Shown: positions 25,481 through 30,138 of the stretch, piece after piece
How positions within the stretch are numbered: position 1 is the first letter of the stretch
How the letters are laid out: every line of letters begins with the position of its first letter
Origin: Bdellovibrionales bacterium
Lineage (GTDB): Bacteria > Bdellovibrionota > Bdellovibrionia > Bdellovibrionales > UBA1609
Length of the DNA: 30,138 nt
Direction of reading: 5' to 3'
Assembly: GCA_050246815.1 (NCBI GenBank)
Contig: JBFWVI010000015.1
Coordinates: forward strand, 30,983-61,120
The notes under the pieces: generated by a model
What the model saw: only the letters and a program-made list of their open reading frames with translations
Databases searched by the model: none
What the model was told of the DNA's origin: nothing
Made by a program: the position numbers and the translations under genes

Positions 25481-26356
25481 ATGAAGTTGAAGAAAACAAA
25501 GAGTTCAGCGCCAACAAAGGAAGCGATTCTATCGGCAATAAGAGGCTGTGCAAAAAAAATTGGTCATTCGCCATCTCGGTCAGAGTTTGTTGCAAATGCA
25601 AGAATTAGTGAATTTCACGTTTTGAAACACTTTAGTTCGTGGCGTGAGGCTGTTCAGGCTGCTGGTCTGGAAGTCTATACTCAAAATATCAGAATTGACG
25701 ACACTGAACTCCTTTCTGATTGGGGCGAGTATGTTCGCAAGCACCGCCACATACCAACTCGCAATCAGTATCGACACGAAGGTAAATATAGCACGGGTTC
25801 TTTTGATAAACATTTTGGGCCATGGGCTGTTATTCCAGAAAAATTTAAGACGTTCTTTGCCGGGGATACAAGCTGGGCAGATGTTCTGGCGTTGATTCCT
25901 ACTAAGACAAAAGCCATCCAATCACGATCCAGCTCTGTTCCACTACAAAACTCGAAGGGGACATTAAATAAATCAAGAACTCAGCATACGAAACTGATTG
26001 ATCGCCCAACGTATGGCAATCCAATGGACTTCCGGGGTCTGCGTCACGAGCCCGTAAATGAGGGTGGAGTTGTATTTCTTTTTGGAATCGTAGCTCGCGA
26101 ACTAGGTTACTTGGTTGAGATAGTTCAGGCCGGATTCCCAGACTGCGAGGCAAAACGACAAATTGGTCCGGGCAAATGGCAGCGTGTGCGAATTGAGTTT
26201 GAATTTGAAAGTCGCAATTTCAGAGATCATGGCCACCCTCCTGAAGGGTGTGATCTTATTGTTTGCTGGAGACACAACTGGACTGATTGTCCGCCAAACC
26301 TTGAAGTCGTTGAGTTATCGACATTGATCTCAACTTTATCATCTACAGATGAATAG
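25481..26356 (+). CDS. Homing-endonuclease-associated repeats fused to a PD-(D/E)XK-like nuclease domain
   Basis: Two repeats (..GHSPSRSEF...HFSSWREAVQAAGL; ..HIPTRNQY...HFGPW). C-terminal NEGGVVFLF...FPDC...IEFEFES..F..HGH...CDLIVCW. Alternative start 25463. Confidence 0.7.
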   Translation: MKLKKTKSSAPTKEAILSAIRGCAKKIGHSPSRSEFVANARISEFHVLKHFSSWREAVQAAGLEVYTQNIRIDDTELLSDWGEYVRKHRHIPTRNQYRHEGKYSTGSFDKHFGPWAVIPEKFKTFFAGDTSWADVLALIPTKTKAIQSRSSSVPLQNSKGTLNKSRTQHTKLIDRPTYGNPMDFRGLRHEPVNEGGVVFLFGIVARELGYLVEIVQAGFPDCEAKRQIGPGKWQRVRIEFEFESRNFRDHGHPPEGCDLIVCWRHNWTDCPPNLEVVELSTLISTLSSTDE

Positions 26357-26377
26357 TTACGGCCACAGGATGCTTGA

Positions 26378-26911
26378 ATGAGTGAACTCGAGAAAATCAA
26401 AACTGAAAAGGCACACTGCAATCAATGCCTAAGTCAGACAAACCATTGGATTCGGGCAAGCTATTTTGAACGTCACGAGGATGAGCATCAATGTGTTTGG
26501 GGTTCAAACAGCTTTCAGATTTTGCAGTGTTGTGGCTGTGAGGAAGTAAAATTCAGAAGGTCTGAACAATTCTCTGAATGGGAAGACTACGAAACAAATG
26601 CTCACGGTGAAACTGTACCAGTTTTGCCCGTTAAAGAGACTTACTTCCCGCCCGCGAAATGGCGAATGTCTCCCAGGTGGATGCACCTTTTATTTGTTAA
26701 GGATGAAGTCCTGCATCGTATTCACGAAGAGGTTTACGCCGCCATACAAGCAAATTCACTGTTTCTTGCCGGAGCCGGATCCCGATCCCGAGCACTCATT
26801 GAAAGAGTGTTAAGTTTTACCGTTGGTGAAAGTGGCTCCTTTAATGGAAGACTGAAATTGCTAGCCCAGAAAGGTTTTATTGCGGAGAAGGATGCTTCTA
26901 CATCGAAGTGA
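26378..26911 (+). pseudogene. DUF4145 (HEPN-like) protein with N-terminal zinc ribbon, apparently C-terminally truncated
   Basis: CNQC...CCGC followed by EVYAAI....LAGAG.RALIE...L..L..KGFI. It stops before the usual R-x-x-G-N-x-A-A-H motif and contains an in-frame 6-bp duplication. Confidence 0.55.
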
Positions 26912-27575
26912 GAGTGCGATCTGCTTGAGGTAAGAGGGGAGAAAGAACTACTCTTGCCCCTTTACTCCGAAATATAATCCATTCTGCAAGCGCTAAATTG
27001 ATGATCCAACCAAGTAACATTGAAATGGATCGACTTAATTCTCCTTCTATTGAGGGGAATATTAGCTGCGGAAGATGAGTGAAAACCTGTGTGCCGACAC
27101 CCATTGCGAGCGCGTAAGCGCGAATCATCCAGTGGCCATGCTCAATGTACTTTCTCTGTCGAATTGCCCCAAGACTGAGAAAAATAAAAAGTAGCATTAA
27201 TAAACCAACGAGCAGCCTGGTTATATAGACTGCAAAAGTATCATGATTCGCAAAAGGATATACCAAGGTCATCCAAATCCCAGTTGTAGCAACGACAATT
27301 CCGAGCACAACCAATACTCCCCCTGTCCGTCGATGCCATTTCGGGAGTTTTGATCTAAACCCCGGAGCAAACTGAAATGCACCAAACAAACTGTAGAAGG
27401 AGGCACTCAAAATGTGGGCTACGATCAGTATAGGATTGGTCAGGAATCTCAAATTCTCAACTGAACTATCTGCACCCTCAATTTTAAGGATGCGAATTGC
27501 ACCTCCAATTAAAGGTACTAGTGCAAGAAGAACGAGCCCGATAACAGTTAACCAATCTCTACTTTTGTTCTGCAT
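26898..27575 (-). CDS. DUF2306 family membrane protein
   Basis: AHILSA...GAFQF...WHRRTG...HGHWMIRAYAL; about 6 TM helices. Confidence 0.85.
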   Translation of the reverse strand: MQNKSRDWLTVIGLVLLALVPLIGGAIRILKIEGADSSVENLRFLTNPILIVAHILSASFYSLFGAFQFAPGFRSKLPKWHRRTGGVLVVLGIVVATTGIWMTLVYPFANHDTFAVYITRLLVGLLMLLFIFLSLGAIRQRKYIEHGHWMIRAYALAMGVGTQVFTHLPQLIFPSIEGELSRSISMLLGWIINLALAEWIIFRSKGARVVLSPLLPQADRTLTSM

Positions 27576-28077
27576 ATCGATTCATCCTTTTTGCTTCTAA
27601 TTCTTTTCTAAGATCGCAACTTGTCAGGCGAAGCATTAAAACTGAACTCGAAACACATCTTGTGTCGTGAATGTCACCAGGAAGAAATATGCGACTCTGT
27701 CCAGGCTCAACTCTATATGTCTCCCGTCGAACAATACTGACCTCGCCTAGTTTACTCTCAATCCGGCCGAACGTTCCCATTTCCATTTGACCACGTTGTA
27801 CGGCATAGATGACCCATCCATCTCCATGATCGTGGGGATTTCGATATAACCCTTCATGTTCTGCGTGTGCTAAAATGATAAACCCATGCTCAGGATCGCG
27901 GTACAGCTCGCGACTTTCATCAAGATCTCCTTGAAGTGCTGCCAGCCATGATTCAGAAATTGGCGTCCGTACAAGTTCTTCCATCAAAGCCTTAGCTTTC
28001 ATAACTAGCTTTGAATCTAGCGGTCCCCACGCCTGACGTAGGCCTTCGATGAATTTAGTTAGCGAATCTTTTTCCAT
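27559..28077 (-). CDS. Cupin-fold, cysteine-dioxygenase-like metal-binding protein
   Basis: PHDHGDGWVIYAV and PGDIHDT supply a three-His cupin pattern. AGGAG RBS. Confidence 0.7.
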   Translation of the reverse strand: MEKDSLTKFIEGLRQAWGPLDSKLVMKAKALMEELVRTPISESWLAALQGDLDESRELYRDPEHGFIILAHAEHEGLYRNPHDHGDGWVIYAVQRGQMEMGTFGRIESKLGEVSIVRRETYRVEPGQSRIFLPGDIHDTRCVSSSVLMLRLTSCDLRKELEAKRMNRYAEQK

Positions 28078-29305
28078 AAGTTCTCCTTTTTTGGTGTTTG
28101 AGTTGATTAACTAGAAGAATCGCGATCAAGAGCGCAGCAATCGTGAATGTGACTTGGAATCCATCTGAGATTGCCGCTTCGGCTGCTTGGGAAGGGTTCG
28201 TGCCCTTTGCGAAGTGGTCAAAAAGGCCACCCAACAAATAGGTTCCGCAGATCAACCCAAGATTGCGTGAAAGATTTAATGCGCCAGCTGCAACCCCTCG
28301 ATGTTCATTTCGAGCGTTTTTCATAAAGCTGTTTGAATTGGCAGAAAGAAAAAATTGATAGCCGAGGCTCAAGAGCACTGCAGAGAGTGCAAAACCTAAG
28401 GCTCCAAAATGTCTTGGTAAGAAGATAAAGGAGATAGTCCCTACTAGTGACTGTACGAAGCCAAATTTAATGACGAAACGACAACCAAGCCGATCTACAG
28501 CATAGCCCGCAAGTGTACCTGAAAGAATCGACGTAATAGGACCTGCGGACATAACAAGCCCCATATGGCTGGGTTCAAGGTGTAAGGCATGGGTTAGATA
28601 AAAAGGGCCGACAATTAAAGTTGAAATCATAACGGCAGAAATGGCCAAGTTCGAAAAGAGGTGCACTCTAAATGAGGTATCTGAATAGAACGATTTGACT
28701 GAATCCAGAAAGCTGCTCTGGAGAACGCTATGACCTGAGACTTGACCATGCTGCAGGAACCAAAATGCGAGAAGAAGAGTGAAAATTCCAGCGGCAGTCA
28801 TCACAGTAAAAACAGATCGCCATCCAAATTCCCCTATGAGAAACCCACCGATTAAAGGTCCGGTTGTAGTCCCCATAGCCGACATGGTTGCGAGGAGCCC
28901 GATGATCCGACCCATTTTCTGATGAGATAATACATCTGTAACAATAGCTATCGGAAGCACAGCAAGAGCCGCAGCGCCAATTCCCTGGATGGTGCGACCA
29001 AGGATCAAAGATGAAAACGAAAATGAAATCGCAGATATCAGGGTGCCGACACTAAATACGGTCGTTCCTAAAAGCAAAATGTTGCGCCGGCCTTTCAGAT
29101 CTCCAAGTCTGCCTACGACCAGGCTAAAAAAAGTAATCGCTAATAAATAGCAGAGAACCACCCATCGTACGGTCGAGAAGGAAAGCGAGAATTCCATTGA
29201 AATCGAGGGCAGCGCAAGATTGGCGATGCTAGTTCCAGCAGAGACTAAAAGGGTAGATAGGGCGAGAGTTCCAATTAACATGTTTTGCTTAAATCGTGTT
29301 TCCAT
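28055..29305 (-). CDS. MFS drug-efflux-type transporter
   Basis: ANLALPSI, GRLGDLKGRR, GRTIQGIG and GPLIGG. Start placed at ATG 29305 because the longer start at 29326 lies inside the operator. Confidence 0.88.
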   Translation of the reverse strand: METRFKQNMLIGTLALSTLLVSAGTSIANLALPSISMEFSLSFSTVRWVVLCYLLAITFFSLVVGRLGDLKGRRNILLLGTTVFSVGTLISAISFSFSSLILGRTIQGIGAAALAVLPIAIVTDVLSHQKMGRIIGLLATMSAMGTTTGPLIGGFLIGEFGWRSVFTVMTAAGIFTLLLAFWFLQHGQVSGHSVLQSSFLDSVKSFYSDTSFRVHLFSNLAISAVMISTLIVGPFYLTHALHLEPSHMGLVMSAGPITSILSGTLAGYAVDRLGCRFVIKFGFVQSLVGTISFIFLPRHFGALGFALSAVLLSLGYQFFLSANSNSFMKNARNEHRGVAAGALNLSRNLGLICGTYLLGGLFDHFAKGTNPSQAAEAAISDGFQVTFTIAALLIAILLVNQLKHQKRRTYGKRFAN

Positions 29306-29311
29306 GAAACC

Positions 29312-29342
29312 AGTGTGCAACTTCAAGTTAACTTGAGATCAA
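29312..29342 (-). promoter_or_regulatory. MerR-type promoter/operator for the MFS operon
   Basis: Minus-strand TTGATC-19 bp-CACACT, with the palindrome TCAAGTTAACTTGA in the spacer. Confidence 0.8.
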
Positions 29343-29403
29343 GCGAAATCTACAAAAAATTCAAATTTTCATTGGTTTTTATCAGTTTTCAATCTACCCT
29401 GAG

Positions 29404-29423
29404 ACCTCAACCTAACTTGAGGT
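29404..29423. promoter_or_regulatory. Second MerR-type operator upstream of the regulator gene
   Basis: ACCTCAA-CCTAAC-TTGAGGT inverted repeat with the same geometry as the site at 29321-29338. Confidence 0.7.
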
Positions 29424-29428
29424 ACGAA

Positions 29429-29878
29429 ATGAAATCGAATTTATCAGGAAAAACGCTCGATATCGGTGAGGTCGTTCGTTTGACTGGCGTACCTCCTTCA
29501 ACTCTTAGATTTTATGAGGAGAAAGGTCTTATTCGATCTACTGGTCGTCACGGACTTCGAAGACTCTTTAATTCACATATTTTGCAACAACTGGAGTTTA
29601 TAGCGTTGGGAAGACATGCTGGTTTAACCTTGGAAGATATCGCGTCGATGTTCACAACAGAGGGTAAGCTCCAGGTGAACAGAAGGTTTCTTTTCGATAA
29701 AGCCAACGAAATAGAACAAAACCTTCGAAAGCTCACAGCGGTTCACAATACTCTTCTTCATGTGGCGAAGTGCTCAGCTCCGAATCACATGGAATGTCCT
29801 AAATTCCAACGCCTGCTCCGAGTTGCAGGAAAACGAAGCCTATCCAGAACGAAGAGCAAAAGCGTCCGATCTGAATAG
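29429..29878 (+). CDS. MerR-family transcriptional regulator
   Basis: LDIGEVVRLTGVPPSTLRFYEEKGLI HTH and C-terminal CSAPNHMECP. Divergent from the MFS gene. Confidence 0.9.
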   Translation: MKSNLSGKTLDIGEVVRLTGVPPSTLRFYEEKGLIRSTGRHGLRRLFNSHILQQLEFIALGRHAGLTLEDIASMFTTEGKLQVNRRFLFDKANEIEQNLRKLTAVHNTLLHVAKCSAPNHMECPKFQRLLRVAGKRSLSRTKSKSVRSE

Positions 29879-29939
29879 GTCGTAAAAACAATGCAGTTAG
29901 TCCCGAAATCTGGCCAGAGGGATCTTTCAACGCCCGGAG

Positions 29940-30138
29940 TTAGTTTTTACTTTTCCAACTCTCTTCAAATTCACTCGGTGTTTGCATTTTAAGTGCCGAG
30001 TGGCGTCGAGTCGGATTATACCAGCCTTCGATAAATTCAAAAACCTTCATCCGTGCTTCAACTCTTGTTTTAAATCTATTCTTCGCCAGAAAAAACCAAC
30101 TCAGTCGACACCATCAGAGTCTTCAAGAAAACTTCGCC
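29940..30138 (-). pseudogene. IS3-family transposase C-terminal remnant (runs off the window)
   Basis: The minus strand encodes FKTRVEARMKVFEFIEGWYNPTRRHSALKMQTPSEFE, typical of the IS3 OrfB end. An in-frame TGA at 30116-30114 lies just upstream. Confidence 0.8.

Larger units (their letters stand above)
16132..30138. mobile_element. Putative genomic island / accessory region at the tmRNA 3' end (right boundary not visible)
   Basis: Visible drop in GC content and change in codon style directly after ssrA. Cargo includes metal resistance, a nuclease, a recombinase fragment and an IS remnant. No integrase or convincing att duplication seen. Confidence 0.6.

Noticed and set aside
1..30138. CRISPR arrays, tRNA or rRNA genes
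   Set aside because: No regularly spaced direct repeats seen. The only tRNA-like structure belongs to tmRNA.

Overview
Bacterial chromosomal window, most likely from a Bdellovibrionota (Bdellovibrio-like) genome. This is inferred from a TIGR02147-family gene and FQNC-type lipoprotein signals. The left ~16 kb is visibly GC-richer. It holds lipoproteins, a TIGR02147 protein, an LPMO-like (SCE4755-type) surface protein and a stress-gene cluster (FAD/Rieske oxidoreductase, hemerythrin, zinc ADH, host-attachment protein, Hsp20). It also holds a minus-strand run of genes: 50-aa peptide, 124-aa repeat protein, stand-alone aKG-HExxH enzyme, MFS exporter and MacAB/LolCDE-like ABC exporter. tmRNA (ssrA, 15776-16131) marks the boundary to an AT-richer accessory island. 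The island carries a CueR-controlled copper-resistance region, a recombinase fragment, a PD-(D/E)XK nuclease plus truncated DUF4145 pair, a MerR/MFS module with SoxR-like operators and an IS3 remnant. Three observations are most notable. (1) A radical-SAM-free aKG-HExxH RiPP-like cluster whose two small upstream ORFs share an R-L-x-x-hydrophobic-hydrophobic-P motif. (2) A sigma54-driven ~200-nt structured sRNA candidate (about 3350-3555, minus strand) with a C-rich loop, an inverted near-copy of that loop nearby, and 14-nt complementarity to the hemerythrin ribosome-binding site. (3) Six sigma54 -24/-12 motifs positioned in front of these transcription units. All family assignments are by eye from motifs; no database searches were run.
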